A model generated the notes under the pieces. That model had not been told where the DNA came from, did no database searches, and saw only the letters and a program-made list of their open reading frames with translations. A stretch of DNA of 64,000 nt, from the NCBI GenBank assembly GCA_904063045.1, contig CAJFCJ010000021.1:434001-498000 (forward strand), given 5' to 3'. Of this stretch, positions 26,628 through 40,231 are shown piece after piece (the first letter of the stretch is position 1; each line of letters begins with the position of its first letter). Source of the DNA: Dimorphilus gyrociliatus. Lineage: Eukaryota > Animalia > Annelida. The translations under genes and the position numbers were made by a program.

Positions 26628-27686
26628 TTAAAATTTTGAAGCCTTTTGTAGAACTATTGAATGTTCTGTTTGAGAGGAATTGCCCTTTCTTATATTCTTG
26701 AATAATTGAAGAAATTCACCTCTGAACTTTTTTCCACTTAGACAATAAATATAAAAATTTAGTGAGTTGTTACAGTGTGATAAAACTCCAAATACTAAAG
26801 CTAGAATTTTTATCTTTGCAGCTTGATTGGGCGATGGATTTGGATTAAAATTTTGAAAATAGACGTTAAGCCAAACTAACGGTAGAGTTGAAACTGTAAA
26901 AAATACAGATAAACTGACAAGTAAAATAGATAGTTGATAGTTTTTCATTTCATTCCTATCCAAGTTAAACGTTACCAAATATAATCGTTTTCTCTTGGCA
27001 ATTATTAACTTTCTCACTATTAAGGAATTAATAAAAAACAGTATAACAGATGGCATAAAGGTGAAATCGAATGCCACTACTAAACTATGCACATTCCTTT
27101 CATACAATTCTACCGATTTTGTCCTATATACACATAGGAAAATATCATCTATTTTTGATATAGAAGACCTCATAATTAATGCTTCATCATATATGAAAAG
27201 TTTATGGGAATAGTATGCAAAATGTATAAGAATAAGACAAATAGATACAATCTTTGCTCTCTTCTTCGAGCAAATATTTTTAGCTTTGGTAGGGAAGATT
27301 ATAAAGAGACTTCTATCCAAATTCATAGCAACAAGAATCCATGCACTCGAAGTTGAAAATATAACTGGTAAGAATCCATCCATTGCACAAAAGTAATATC
27401 TGTAAACTTGCTTATTATCCGTTATTGTAGTTTCCATAAATTTAAACATTCTACCAAAAGCTTCCAAAAGTAAAGAAATTGTATCGACAAACGCTAAATA
27501 TCTAAGATAAATGGAAGTTGTTGTGTAGTTTAGAGACGCTTTACTAAATATTATAAAACTGCAAATATTTCCAAAAATACCAATAAAGCATAGTAACATT
27601 GTAACGCTCTTACAACTGATCATAACAATTTGATAATTTTCAATGAAATAGCTATGATAATGAGTATTATTCGTTAAATTCAACAT
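26628..27686 (-). CDS. Intronless rhodopsin-like orphan GPCR (invertebrate FMRFamide-receptor/Srw-like group)
   Basis: 352-aa ORF with seven hydrophobic segments; GIFGN, MNLDRSLFIIFP (DRY variant), C-terminal NFYIYCLSGKKFR. Confidence 0.9.
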   Translation of the reverse strand: MLNLTNNTHYHSYFIENYQIVMISCKSVTMLLCFIGIFGNICSFIIFSKASLNYTTTSIYLRYLAFVDTISLLLEAFGRMFKFMETTITDNKQVYRYYFCAMDGFLPVIFSTSSAWILVAMNLDRSLFIIFPTKAKNICSKKRAKIVSICLILIHFAYYSHKLFIYDEALIMRSSISKIDDIFLCVYRTKSVELYERNVHSLVVAFDFTFMPSVILFFINSLIVRKLIIAKRKRLYLVTFNLDRNEMKNYQLSILLVSLSVFFTVSTLPLVWLNVYFQNFNPNPSPNQAAKIKILALVFGVLSHCNNSLNFYIYCLSGKKFRGEFLQLFKNIRKGNSSQTEHSIVLQKASKF

Positions 27687-27923
27687 GGTTTACGTATGTT
27701 TGTACAGTTTGTAGAGTATGTTTACTTTTTACCTTATATACAGAGAAAATGTATTTCGTTAATTGACAGCAGAAAATGGGAGATATAGTTAATCTCAATT
27801 TATAAATAGCCTTATAGACTATTTTCGGCTGAAATAAGCAGTTTCTTCTTATAGATTAATGATGTATGTTTCGTAACGAACTCGTAATAAACTTTAACAA
27901 GATTATTGTTATATGAATAAGCC

Positions 27924-28010
27924 TTTATTTAATTATTATTCTTATTAAATATTATATACAAATAAGTGTAATTTGTACAGTTTGATACAGTTTCAAATAC
28001 AGTTTATACA
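27924..28010 (-). terminator. Polyadenylation site candidate of the polycystin gene (four UGUA elements upstream of AAUAAA)
   Basis: AAACTGTA three times (27976-28005), a fourth TGTA (28007-28010), then AATAAA at 27929-27924. Confidence 0.55.
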
Positions 28011-28076
28011 CTAATACTTTGAAAAGAATTTCCTTCTATTAAACAACATCTATAACTTAATAAATAATTAATATAT

Positions 28077-31000
28077 TCATTTCACAACTAATTGAATATT
28101 TTCAACTTCAACGCAATTTTTCAATGAATGTTTCATGAATAAAGTTTTTAATTCGCCTTCCGCTTGAACTTTAAGACAGTTGTTCAAATACTTTAATATT
28201 TCATCTAACCTCTTTATTAAATCATTTAAATGATCGTTATTCGTTAATGAATTACGAATGTCATAACGATCCTCCTCTTTAACTTTTTCCTTTTTTAATT
28301 GTTTAATTAGTACTAAAGGTTCATCTTTAATAATATATTTGTTCTTAGAATTTTTAGTATCTTTTGGTTTTTTGAATAATCTGTTAAATAATTCACCAAT
28401 GTATTTATATAATTCTTCATCGTATCCGGTTTTAGTCTTTTTCGATTTGACTTTTTTTAGTATATCGTTTAGAATTGTTATTAAAAAGTTTGTTGCTACA
28501 TAATGAATTAGGAATGCATAGATAATTATAAAGATTTTCCCATACAGACCGGATTCTGCTTCTATTGAATCGAATGATAATTTTCCGAATAGAGTTCGAA
28601 ATAGTGATATAGCACTTGCAATCAAAGTCTTATAGTTGTTCAATTTTGGTCCAAATACTATTAAGCCAAAAAATGATGAACCAATTAAAAATGCAATATA
28701 GCATATTAATAGATTTAAAAGAAGTTCTTTGGTTTTTGTCAATATCGTTGCTAATATAGATATATTTCTGGATATCTTTAGTATCTCTAATAAATGAATT
28801 TGGGCAAAAAAGGCGGATAGACCTATAAAAAGAATAAAATATTTATCAGATGCAAAGAACTTGGAGAAATCAATGATCTTATCTCTAGAGTTCATTACGG
28901 TTTCAACAGTTTTTAAACCAATAATAGTTCTCCAAATGTAAAGTGCAATAGCTGTCATAAATGTTAGTAACGATAGCACAAGGAAAATTGATGGTAATTT
29001 CCTTTGTTTTATTCCAAGTATAACGGTTTTACAAAGTTGTATTAAGCCTATGAGTAACGTAAAACCTTCGATTATTAACGTTATCAATCCTCCCACTCCT
29101 GTATATCTATATAATTTTAAAGAATCCACTTCAATTGATGGAAGAATCTGTCCAAATAAATCTCTTTCGAATATCCATCTGGCTTGTGACATCCATAGAT
29201 TATTCATTATTATAACCTCCAAAATCACCTTAGATGTTGTTCTATCGAACCAAAACTGTTCATTAACATTTCTTAAAATTTTCTGGGCTGTTTCGTTATT
29301 ATCGCCCAAAGATATAACCGACACATTCAGAAAGGAGTTAGTAATGAAATTAGTAAAATTAGTAATTGCAGATTTCTTATCATCGCCAATGCAAGGTCTG
29401 CCTTCATAAAGATTTCGCAATATATTTGATAATCTACATTTCTGATACATGAATCTCTCTTGAATGAGTTTAGGAGGAGAAAATCTCATCTGATATAAAT
29501 CTTGAATAAATTTTTTATCGTATTCATCTCTCTCTTCCGTATTATAGTAATAATCTTGATAAATGGTAGGGATAGCTTCATTACTTAGCCATTTGTTTAA
29601 ATTTTCCAGTGATTTTATAGATTGAACGTTATTTATTGATTTACTTAAAGCTTGATTTTGATAGAAATTCTCAACCTGCCTTGACGAAAAGCAAACGTAT
29701 ACTAATAAGGTAAAATATATTGAATGAATGAAGATGTCAAAGATCATTTTTCTCATACGATTTTCAAGATTCTTTTCTAATTTCTTTAATCTATTACGCT
29801 CCCTAATCTGAATATATTTCAAATGAACTTTTAATTCTTTTGGAACTGTATTAAGGTCCTGCTTTTGTAATTTTATCAATTTTTCCTTTCCAGTTTCGTA
29901 TTGAAGAAGATCGCTCTCTTGTTTCAGAATGAACGTAAGGAAGATAACAATGAGAAATACTTTAATTGGTTGAAGAAGAATAAAACTTTCGAAGAAAGAT
30001 AAAACAAACGAGACCAACCACTTGACCGATTTTTCTTTACCCCATTGAATAGAATAAAGTATGGTAAAGAATGCCGAAGAAAGAATAGCAACAATTGCCA
30101 CTGTCCATCCAAAAATTACGCAAAATCTTCGTTTTCTCTTCGAATTGAAGCAGGAAGTAATTACGATCAAACCTGGTACAACCACAATGCTACTAGCAAA
30201 ACTTACATATACTTCATTCACCGTGAATGAGTATGGTCCAATAGTAAAAGCGCTTTGTTTAGGACTCGTTTCCGAGTTCCTATAAAACATACAACTAGCA
30301 ATCATAGACAAAAAGAGAGCAACGAAACAAGTTATTAATCTTTGTAGTCTTGTGAAAATTGATCTTATTCTCTTTGTTCCAATTGATAGCCAAAGATGAT
30401 CATCAGCAAATCTTCTTTTGGTATTTCTTATCAATAGAGTTGAAAGATCGTATTCGAATTTTTCAAATTCTGCTAATAAAAGTTCTTCATTAATCAAACC
30501 AGCAAAGGATAACCAATCTTCATGGGTAAAAAGAGACCAATTATTTGTCGAACAGTGAATAATGATTATCTTGGACAGGTATAGTTTAGTATTCGAAGGG
30601 AATGGTTCAACTGTTCCGATTTTTAGACAAACCAATTGGCCAAGATAGTTCGGCGTTGTAAGCATAAAAGAACTACATGTATCCGACTCAACCCTCTTAA
30701 ATGAAAAACGAAATTAAAAGAATGATAAATTATGTGATAATTAACTTTGTGCAGACTATAAACTGCATAATTAATATATGTAACTTACATAATCATCTTC
30801 TGATAGGATTCTTTGACCCGAATTACCTTCTGTACCGTATAACGTTATATAAATTCGTAGATTTGAAGATTTTATTATCGTTTTACCAGTAAATACATGA
30901 ATTTCGTATCTATTAGAGTCTCTTTCCTGATTGCCAATTAGAGATATAGGTTTCCAAGAAATTTCATCTCTAATATCTAATCTTCGAGCCAAAATGACTA

Positions 31001-34000
31001 ATGGTATTAATAATACAATTAAACAACAAATTGTTGAAAAAACCGCTGCGTTATCGGCTAGTTTTGAACCAAAATTTAAGAACACTGTATCAAAATCAAT
31101 TAAATTAGGTTTAATATCTAAACCAGCCCCTAAGCTGCCAAATATATTACTCTTGAAGCGGGTTGTTGATGGTGTACTTCCTTTATCGATATTACATACA
31201 GTAGGGTCTGAATGCCAAGTGTTACCATTCCAGATATTGCAGGAGGCATTAAATATTGTTACGTTATAATTAATTATCTCTAAATCTGAATCAACAATAA
31301 AGTAAAACGTTGTGTTATCATTCTGATCAATAACTAATGTTCTTAGATATTCGTAACAATACTTTTCATTCATCTGTTTTGTACAAGATATATTTTGAGG
31401 TATTGAAAAATTCCGATAGGTGGCATTTGTTAAATTTCCTGCTGTAAATGATACAGTTAAATTTCCTTTCAGTGGTTCAAAGGTTAAAATTAAAGGTATC
31501 CCGGATTGTGTAACGTTTATAGAATGTATAACTTTCACTTTTGATTCTATAGATTCCGATTTAGGCTTCGTAATATCCATTGTTAAAGCATAGGGCTCAT
31601 TTAATGTTTCTTTCAGTTTTTTATTATCCTCTTTTTTGGAACTTTTACACGATTCTAATCGAAATTCTGCAACGCTCGATTTAACGCGATCGGCACTAGC
31701 ATCCCATATATAAGGGTTAATAGTAGACACAAGTAGCATTCTCTTAATACAATCATCATCATTAATATCCATCATTTTATTGATTGATGGAATTTCTATG
31801 AAACTATGGCGAGCGGAATACGTCTGGTTGCTCATATTTTTCCAGTTATTTCTTTCTAACTCTAGAGTTATATCCTCCAAAGATATTTTCGTTGCACCAT
31901 CCCCAACTCTTTTATCGTCTAGTAACTCATCACTAACGTTGTGTATAACGGCGACTACCTCTCTCATAACGACACCAACTTGAGTTTGTGTATCATTTAG
32001 CATAACTTCCGGCTCTGGTGGAGTTTCAGTGGGACCTAGATTATTAATTGTTGAAAAACAACTATTCTTACTGCCCTTTAAATAACTTTTAACCTCTTGA
32101 TTATGTGAATTCGCGGCCGAGGCAATACGAATTCCGCTTTGAATAAGGCTAACCGACAAGTCTTCCGTAACTTGTCTCCCAATTCTCCCTCTATTATTAT
32201 TTAAAGCTGAATTTAAATTGGTTAGTTGAGTACTAAGATCATTTTGAGTTTGAATATCGACTTCATTTGGCTTGGATGCTAAAGAATCTATTAGACCATT
32301 ATTTTGCTGCATCTCGTCAGCTGTATTAAAAGGGATTTTTTTTGTATGATTAACCATAATTCCTCTTAAATTCATCCTTCTCTGTCTTCCTTTGCATTCG
32401 TTATCCTTTCTTGTAGGTTGATCATCAGTTTTCGAAGAGTTAGACGTTAAATTTACGTTTAAAATCGAAGTTACCGAGAAAACGCTGGAAGCTACTTGAC
32501 TAAAACTGCCGTTTTTTATTTTATCAGTAATATCATTACTAGTCATAATATTCATCGTTTCATTTAGCAACTCCTCTTCCGGAAGATTGGGAACAGTGAC
32601 TTCAACATCATAAAGAAACTCCGTTTGATCCCCTACGGAATCCCTAACGGTTATTACAGCTTCAGTCAAAAAATTCTTATCCGGATTCCCAACCGGTAGC
32701 ATCAAAGGTACAGATTCCTGGTTGTAGGAAAAAAATAAAAGAAAAGATTTATCTGTTCCTTTGGGTCTTGCTTTATATTCGTATTTCAAACCCAAACTTC
32801 CTTCCCTCTTGTCGTATTCCAACCAACCTTGACAACTTATCATAAAATTTGTGATGGAAGCAAAACCACTTCTAGGTTCGCAATTGCAACTTCCCCCAAA
32901 AGGCCTTTTATTTCGAAGGAATTTTTTCTCAAACTTTGTAGTTTTATTAAGAAATCGTCCTTCAACTTCTAAGTAATGCCATACTCCTTCCTTTAAAGAA
33001 TTTTCCAATATTTCTATCCTCTTCGATGTAGTAGTCGTCGATATGTGCAATTTTGATTGAAGGTCAATTTCTATTTTTCCTCCTGAATATTCTTCAAATA
33101 ATCGCCATTTATAGTAAACTTCATCAAACATAGTTGAACAATGTTGCAGGCAATCAACAGCAAATACCATTGGTAATCTTATAGCTGACTTTTTACCGCA
33201 ATTTTCCATACATCTGTAATATCAATAGAATTATTTGTATCACAGTAATTATTTAATTATTAGTTTACTTACATTACATTGACAACTGGAATACCAGTTT
33301 CAATAATTAATTCCTGTACTGAATCCACGAACGCCGAAGGGGAGCTAACTCGAACTCTAATTAGAAATCTTTGTTTTGTATCTAAATATGCGGTATTTAA
33401 CGTAAATTGATTAGCAGTGACTGGTAACTTTCCAGGCCCTGTCCCAAAACATCCTCCACTCTTTAAATAGTCGTTGGTTATGTTAGGTGGATAATTGATG
33501 TATGTCAATTTGTTAGTTATATTATCTTGTTCGTGGGAAAGCTTACAAAACCATTCAAAGCTTATTTCATCCATATTATCGGATTTTACTAGGGCTTTAA
33601 AGGTAACATTATCAGAATAATTAACATTGATAACACTTCCGCCTTCAACTGAAACATTTAAGGGTAGATGTACTATTTGAAAATATATTGAAGCATTTGC
33701 TGTTGTTTCTTCTACTTTATTCATACTAGCGCTGAAAAATGCTGCATAATGTCCGTAATTTAGAGAGAAAGCTTTGCACAATAAGGTTTCATTAAAGCCT
33801 TCTCTAATAGTTGTATTCGTATCTAAATATACAAGTTTCCAATAATAATCAATTTTACTAGTTTTTGAACAGAATACAGTTAAATTAACGAATAGTTCCA
33901 AATGATCAGTTTTGAATAGATCAGGCTGAGAGAGAAAGTATTTATTGACGTTTATTTTAGGAGGAAAGCAGTACCAGTTTTTAACCTCAAATTTCTTAAA

Positions 34001-35876
34001 AACCAAGTCACTACCTAAATGATTAAAAGCGCGAATAGCTATATAATAAACGCCTTCGTTTTCGTAACGATACTGAAATCTTATTAGTTTATCGTTTTTA
34101 CTGATTTTAGTGAAATTAAGAAGTTTATCCTTCGAATAATCCTCGCATAATTCATCCAATCCGAACGTTCTTTCGTCTAATGTATTACCGAATTGTATAT
34201 GTAAGCAACCCCTATCCCCAATATTATCCATCTCTAAAATAAATGTTGTTAAATTGAAAACCAAAATTGGTTCAACGATTATTATAGAACGTATAATAAC
34301 CACATCCAATCTCACTAATACTTTAGCTTTAGAAATAACCTCCGAAACAGTATTAGAACAATTCGTTATCATGTTTAAAATGCCTAGAGAGGATTTAGGA
34401 AGAGTTTGTCCAAAGTTGAAATTTCTGTCCCTAGGCCAAATTTTGACGAAGATATATTTTGACATGCCGTTGCTAAATTGTATATTGCAAGAAATATCTT
34501 CCAATATTTCTTGTTCTTTATCCAATTCCAAAGAATAGTTAAGATTTCCTGGTGGCCAGTATATTGTATCCTTGCAAATAATATTTACAAGTTTTATTCT
34601 ATTTTGAACGACTATCGCAACCCTTACTTGACCTTTGCTAATTGGATTTTTAGCCTCCACAACAACTGTATAATTTCCGGTTTCGTTATAAAACTTAGAG
34701 AGAGTTAGAGGCGTCTCTGAAGCGAATATTAGAGGATGCTCTACCTCTATTCGAGTAGTATCATTAAAGTCAATTACGAATGTGACATTCGAGCCTTTTT
34801 GCATAGTTATATTCAAGTGGAACTCTACCACTGGCATAATATTATAGGCGGTAGATAGTAGGGTCAAATTTGATATTTCTTCGAAAATTGAGAAGGTGTG
34901 ATTAGTTGTCATAGAACTAACTAAGTTCCAGCAGGAAAGATGGAGATTAATGTTTTTACCAACATCTCTCCTAGTTAAATTATGTAATAATAATTCTGTA
35001 CGTTTTTTTATAGAAAGCTCCGGAAGAAATCTAATTTCCGCCACTGCAAAATTCGTTGATAAATTCCAGGAACAAAACACATCGCTAGGTCCAATTGAAT
35101 TAGTATTCGCCTCTAACCAAAATTTGTAGATATCTTTATTAAAAGTGAAACGTTCAGATTGAATTATTTCAATCTCTTCAATTGCATTCTGAACGATTAC
35201 CTCATAAGTTAAATTTAATATTGCAGAAATGTTGTTAGAAGTCTTAAAAATGGCTTGAACTTTAAAATTACCGGCAAGGGAATACGAATGATTAAAAACA
35301 TGTCCAGTTGAACACGACAAATGAAATGTTTCGGTAATATTATCGCCGTACATAAGAATTACCGTTGAATTATTACCAATCACAAAAAATTTAGCTGTCT
35401 CATTCGTTCTCAGGATATTTTTATCAGAATTTAATGAATAATTAAGCTCATTTACAGTACTTTTAAAATGGATTTTATTATCTGTAAACGAAAATAACAT
35501 TAAAAGAAAAGTTTAATGACATTTTCTTTTATTGTTTTTAAGTGGTAGAAATAAAAAAGAATAGCTATAAATATTCTATTAAGCTATTTATTATTGTTGT
35601 TGTTAAGTATAAATGTATGTAATTTAAGGAAATATTATCTAGCATTAACTTGGATAGTATCGATAGATACTATAATACATACTTTTCCATAATCAAGTAC
35701 GATTATGTGTCTGTCATATATATGTTATATATCATTCATACATATACTGTATATATATACATTATATACTAATATATGTATACAATACATTATTCTTCTA
35801 TTTAACACTTACCAACTATACAAATCAATTGCAAAATTTCAAACGAAAGGATACAAAGGATCAATTTTGGAATCAT
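28077..35876 (-). CDS. Polycystin-1-like protein (PKD1L/REJ family), 2438 aa
   Basis: Exons 35876-35813 (signal peptide), 35481-33273, 33213-30789, 30695-28077 sum to 7317 nt, in frame. Contains PKD domains, REJ, GAIN/GPS, TM1, PLAT, further TMs, a TOP domain and channel-like TMs. Confidence 0.92.
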
Positions 35877-36560
35877 GTCTCCTCTGCTACTGATTATGAG
35901 CGATTGAGAATATTCGTGCATTATTTTATTGACCTGAAAGAATGTTTTATTATTCATATATAGGAAAAAATAGACTGAAATTTATTAACCTTCAAGCTAT
36001 ATATATAATCATTTTGAATTAAAAATTTACAGTTAAAGAAATTATATAATAGAAAGAATATTCAAGTTTTAATATGGTTTTTAATACTTACAATAAAATT
36101 AAAGCTTGGAAAACAGGCTTTCTGTTAAATCTCCAACATTATTTCATTTCAAGTCATAGGTTAGTAAGGCCTCCCCGTAAACCTTCTAAGGTCAATTCTC
36201 TTGCGTCCACCACTCTGGAAAATTCCATTATCTACGATAGTCAGTCTTTCCCATAGAGCGTTCATTCATCTATCTAAACCACAGCGAATAGGTTTCATTC
36301 TGACAAATAATTAACAAGGAACGACGTTACCAATCCTAAGCGTTTAAAAAGTACAGTAATCTTTTTAAAAAGGTTATATTAAGAATTTAAACAAAACAAA
36401 TCATTTTATTTATTGTTCTTCTTTATTTTTTAATAATAAACAGGAAAAGAAAACAGATGGACTGTGGAAATTTCTCTTCATCCAAACAAACAAAAAAAAA
36501 ACTATAATCTAATAAAATCCAATAAAAGCAAATTTTCTAAACATGGAAAACAAGGTTTCT

Positions 36561-36815
36561 TTAGTCAATTGTTTTAGGTTTATTCAATTTAACAGTTCTT
36601 GCGCCTAGTACCGAGGATTTTTTAAGCATATCCAACTGCCTTTCACCTTTTCGTATTAAATATTCAATTTTCATTATATCACTTCGATTTATCAAGGAAT
36701 TTTTACGAAATTCTGTTTTTATTTGTTCTTTTAACCCAATTTTATCATCTGTCGCCCTAAGTAGCCTTCTATATAGACCTAATACAACAATTTGGACTCG
36801 CGAATGCCTTGCCAT
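36561..36815 (-). CDS. SDHAF1: Succinate dehydrogenase assembly factor 1 (LYR motif)
   Basis: MARHSRVQIVVLGLYRRLLRA...IKTEFRKN..INRSDIMKIEYLIRKGERQL; single exon, 84 aa. Confidence 0.93.
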   Translation of the reverse strand: MARHSRVQIVVLGLYRRLLRATDDKIGLKEQIKTEFRKNSLINRSDIMKIEYLIRKGERQLDMLKKSSVLGARTVKLNKPKTID

Positions 36816-39800
36816 AATATACACCAAAGTCGTGTTTTTCGTTTAGCAGACGACGGATTTTGTTCTAAACACTGGCGCCATCTATTCCTCATCAATTTAA
36901 AACTTAATTCCAAAAGGACCGATTGCGATCCTCTCCTCAAGGAAAAATAAAATCTTACTTTCAATTCAACTAACTAAATTATTAATTGTTTATATTTCAA
37001 TCAAAGTAAAAAACAAAGTAGCCTAAAAGGTTTAAAAAAAGAACTTTTACTTAACTTTTCAATTAAAACTAGAGTATATAGCTGTAGTTGATTTTTTTTA
37101 AATTCCATTTTCGTATCATATGAAATAATTAGTATTATTAAAAGACAAGACGAAAAAGAAAGAGTGAAAATTCTCTCAATTCTTATATTTTCCTTCTTTA
37201 GCCTACTTTTCACAACCTTGTTTACAAAAGCTAATAATATTTATCTAAACAGTAATAATATCAATATATACATTCTATCCTTTATTAGTGTCATTTTTAC
37301 ATATATATATATATATATTGCACATGGTTTAGACGACGAATACGCTACTTATACACAAAAATTGAATTAGAGCTAACTGTAGAGCAGAATTTACAGTATC
37401 TATTCTATATGCACCATTTAATTAAATACCCTTATTAAGATATGATTTCCGACTTGAGATTCCAAGAAAAGTGGTTTATCTTTCCTTTTAAAGGTTATAT
37501 AATGTTAATTGCGTCTACCACTCGAATAAAAAATAATTATCTTCTTCTCACTTTTTACATGCGTAACAAGTTAAATAACGGTAGGATCCTCAGTATTTGT
37601 TATCAATGACTGTCAAGAGAATTCGTCATTTATTCTTTTTTCTTTAATCTTACAAAATATTCATTCAGTCTCTTATACATCAAAGATTCTAGTTTTGTAT
37701 GGATAGAAAATTTGTAGTCACGTGATATGTTTTTATTAATACTTAAAAACTGAAACTAGGAAAGAGAAAAGGAAAAGATTGGTAAGGTACATGCAAATGA
37801 ACATAAATACAACAATTTTGATGTAAGGTATATTATAAAAAATTGGGGATAATAACTATAATCCTGTCAATATTTGCCCTTATTGTATATTTATCATTTA
37901 TTCACTTTTATTAGACCCTTTTAATTTTCTCCTGAATACGTATTGTTAAAGTACTTATTACATTAATAATCTATATGAAAAAAAGCTATTTGTAAACGTT
38001 TAGATCAACCGAATATCTTTTTAATGGTATTCCCCTTCCCTCTCCTTAATGGATAAATGATACAACATAGAAAAAGAGAAATAGAATCAGTTAAAATAAA
38101 GAAAATTAAGTATAAAGACTTAGAAGACACATCAGCGCTCTAATCAATCAAATACTTGGTTTTAAACTTAAAATTTTATAAGCGTCTTAAAAGTGCTAGA
38201 CGTCCAGGAACCAGTCATTAATTGACAAGCACTAAATACTAAATAAAGCTTGAAAGAGGGTAGAGTTTTTCTTCTTTTGTAAAAGTAAAATTAATAGATG
38301 TCTTGTAGAAAAGTCTATAGAAGTGAAAAGAAACGGAATTAATCTTGTTTTACACCAATAAAAACACTGAATAGATAAAATATATGTAAATTTACATTGT
38401 TATGCAGATGCTAATTTTTAAGAATATCCTTAAAAAGTCTACTCTTGTTCGCTATTCTTTCTTTATATAAAAATGACCAGCTGGTGTATTAGGGTCATTT
38501 ATAGGTTTTTTTTTATTGTAATTTCTTTATTTATTTTTTCTTTCATCCTTTCTTTCTTTATCTTCTCCCTCCACCTCTACTTCTATCTTTGTTTTATCTA
38601 CTACTCCTTTATTCTTAGATCTATTCAGTCTTTATTTGTATTTCAAAGTGTTGAAATCAATGAATTCCTAGTATCTTTCTATCTTCCATAGCTCAAGCGC
38701 TTAGAGAACAAGTCTTACGTCAATATCCATCTAGTTCTGACAATTTTCCATTAATCTTCAAAGTATAAGTACTTCTATTATTCTTATAAGTTCGGAATCG
38801 TGCCGATTTATTGTACTTTTAATGAAAAAAAATGAGCTAATAGCAAATTAGAATTATAATATTAAAACTATTACTCTCAACAATATCTAGGTGGAGCCAC
38901 ATTTGTGTTTTTTTTTCGGATCGAATGTTATTAAACAGCCCACCTAAGTCTCATTAGTTACAGATTTGGTCATCCGTAAAACGGCTTAAACGCATAGAAA
39001 AGACGATAGAAAGAGAAATGGGACTTTTTTCCATTTTAGTTTCAATACTCGACAATATAAAGAGGAAACTGCTCGTACAATCTGCACAATCGTCCCCATC
39101 CGTTGTAAATTGCTTTCCAAAAGTAAATTACTATTACATGTTGAGTCGTCAAAAAATCGTTCCATTTACCGATGGGAGAAAAAGGGGAAAGGAAGAGAGA
39201 TAGGAAAATTGGCCAATATTTTATCCTTTTTCTTTATAACAGGCTAATTCTCAAAGAAAAGTAAAAGAATACAACTTGCTTCAATTTTTTATTATTTAGT
39301 TGTTTGCATTTTTGTCATTTTTCCTTAACAAAATCTTTTAGTCCTAACGAATAACGGAAATATTTGTCAAAAGAGAAAAAAATGGCTTAATTAACACTCT
39401 TTAGGCGCAAGATTTATTTAAAGAAGGCAATTAAGACGAAATAACGATAAAAAGGTTTCTTTTTTTTTTTAAAAAAACAAAACCATATTCATATAATTAC
39501 AATTACATTTAAAGTTGTTGTATTAGGGTTTCTGTCTTTATTTCTCAATCTTTATTCCTCTCTTTCTCTCTTTCTCTCTCTCTATCCCCTTTTCCCTTTC
39601 TTATAATTGCTAATTTACCAAAAAAAACAGCAATCTTTTTTCTTACTTTAGCGTTCCTGTTTTACGTTTAGTGAATAATAAAAGTCAAGGTCAAAACTAT
39701 CGGGAACAATCAGATATTGTAATATTTATTTCTTAAGGTTTTTGTAGGACAAAAAAAGAAGTCAGAATAGCACAAGTAATGATGGAGAAGAATAAAATCG

Positions 39801-39889
39801 TAAATCCACCTACTTCCCGCACGAATAACATCCATAGGCCTATCAAAGCTGGCGCAAAAAAACGATCGCCTGTCGTCTAAAAAACGAGG

Positions 39890-40231
39890 GGGGTGGGGGG
39901 GAGAGAGGGGAGAGAAGAGAGAGAGGGAAGGGGGGAGAGGGGCAGGGGCGAGCCTCTAGCGTTCACAGAACGACGCTCACTGCGCCATTCGGAGAGTGGA
40001 CTCGAAGTGGAAAGCGTCTTTTATTTTTTGTGCAAAGTTTCTTTCCACAACTTTTTGTACTTATCATTGTGGTGGCTTGTTAATCCCGCCTCAGAATTAA
40101 GCTTAAAAAATTATTCCGTGACGCCTTTTAAAGCGTCCTGTTTCTCATAAAACGGTTTGTCTTCATAATTCGGGATATGCACATCTTGTTCGTTTTTGGT
40201 TTTTTTCTGCATATTGGTCAGGTAATAAGTG
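39890..40231 (+). promoter_or_regulatory. GA-rich promoter region and probable non-coding first exon of the downstream mucin-like gene
   Basis: Purine tract 39890-39945, a GC-richer segment, and donor-like sites at 40222 (gtaata) and 40232 (gtaagt). Confidence 0.35.

Noticed and set aside
29050-32000. Plus-strand ORFs 29050-29409, 29924-30285, 30931-31269, 31780-31983
   Set aside because: Antisense shadows of the polycystin coding exons.
36088-36310. Eight upstream ATGs in a probable polycystin 5' UTR exon
   Set aside because: The count is not clearly above expectation for AT-rich DNA, and the exon itself is unverified.
36779-36964. Upstream ORF overlapping SDHAF1, and a TGATGA C-box-like motif
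   Set aside because: No homology recognised, and no paired CTGA D box or terminal stem.
37164-39203. Hydrophobic short ORFs and an exon-like segment at 38692-38763
   Set aside because: Could not be assembled into a coherent gene; F/I/L/Y-rich reads are typical of T-rich non-coding DNA.
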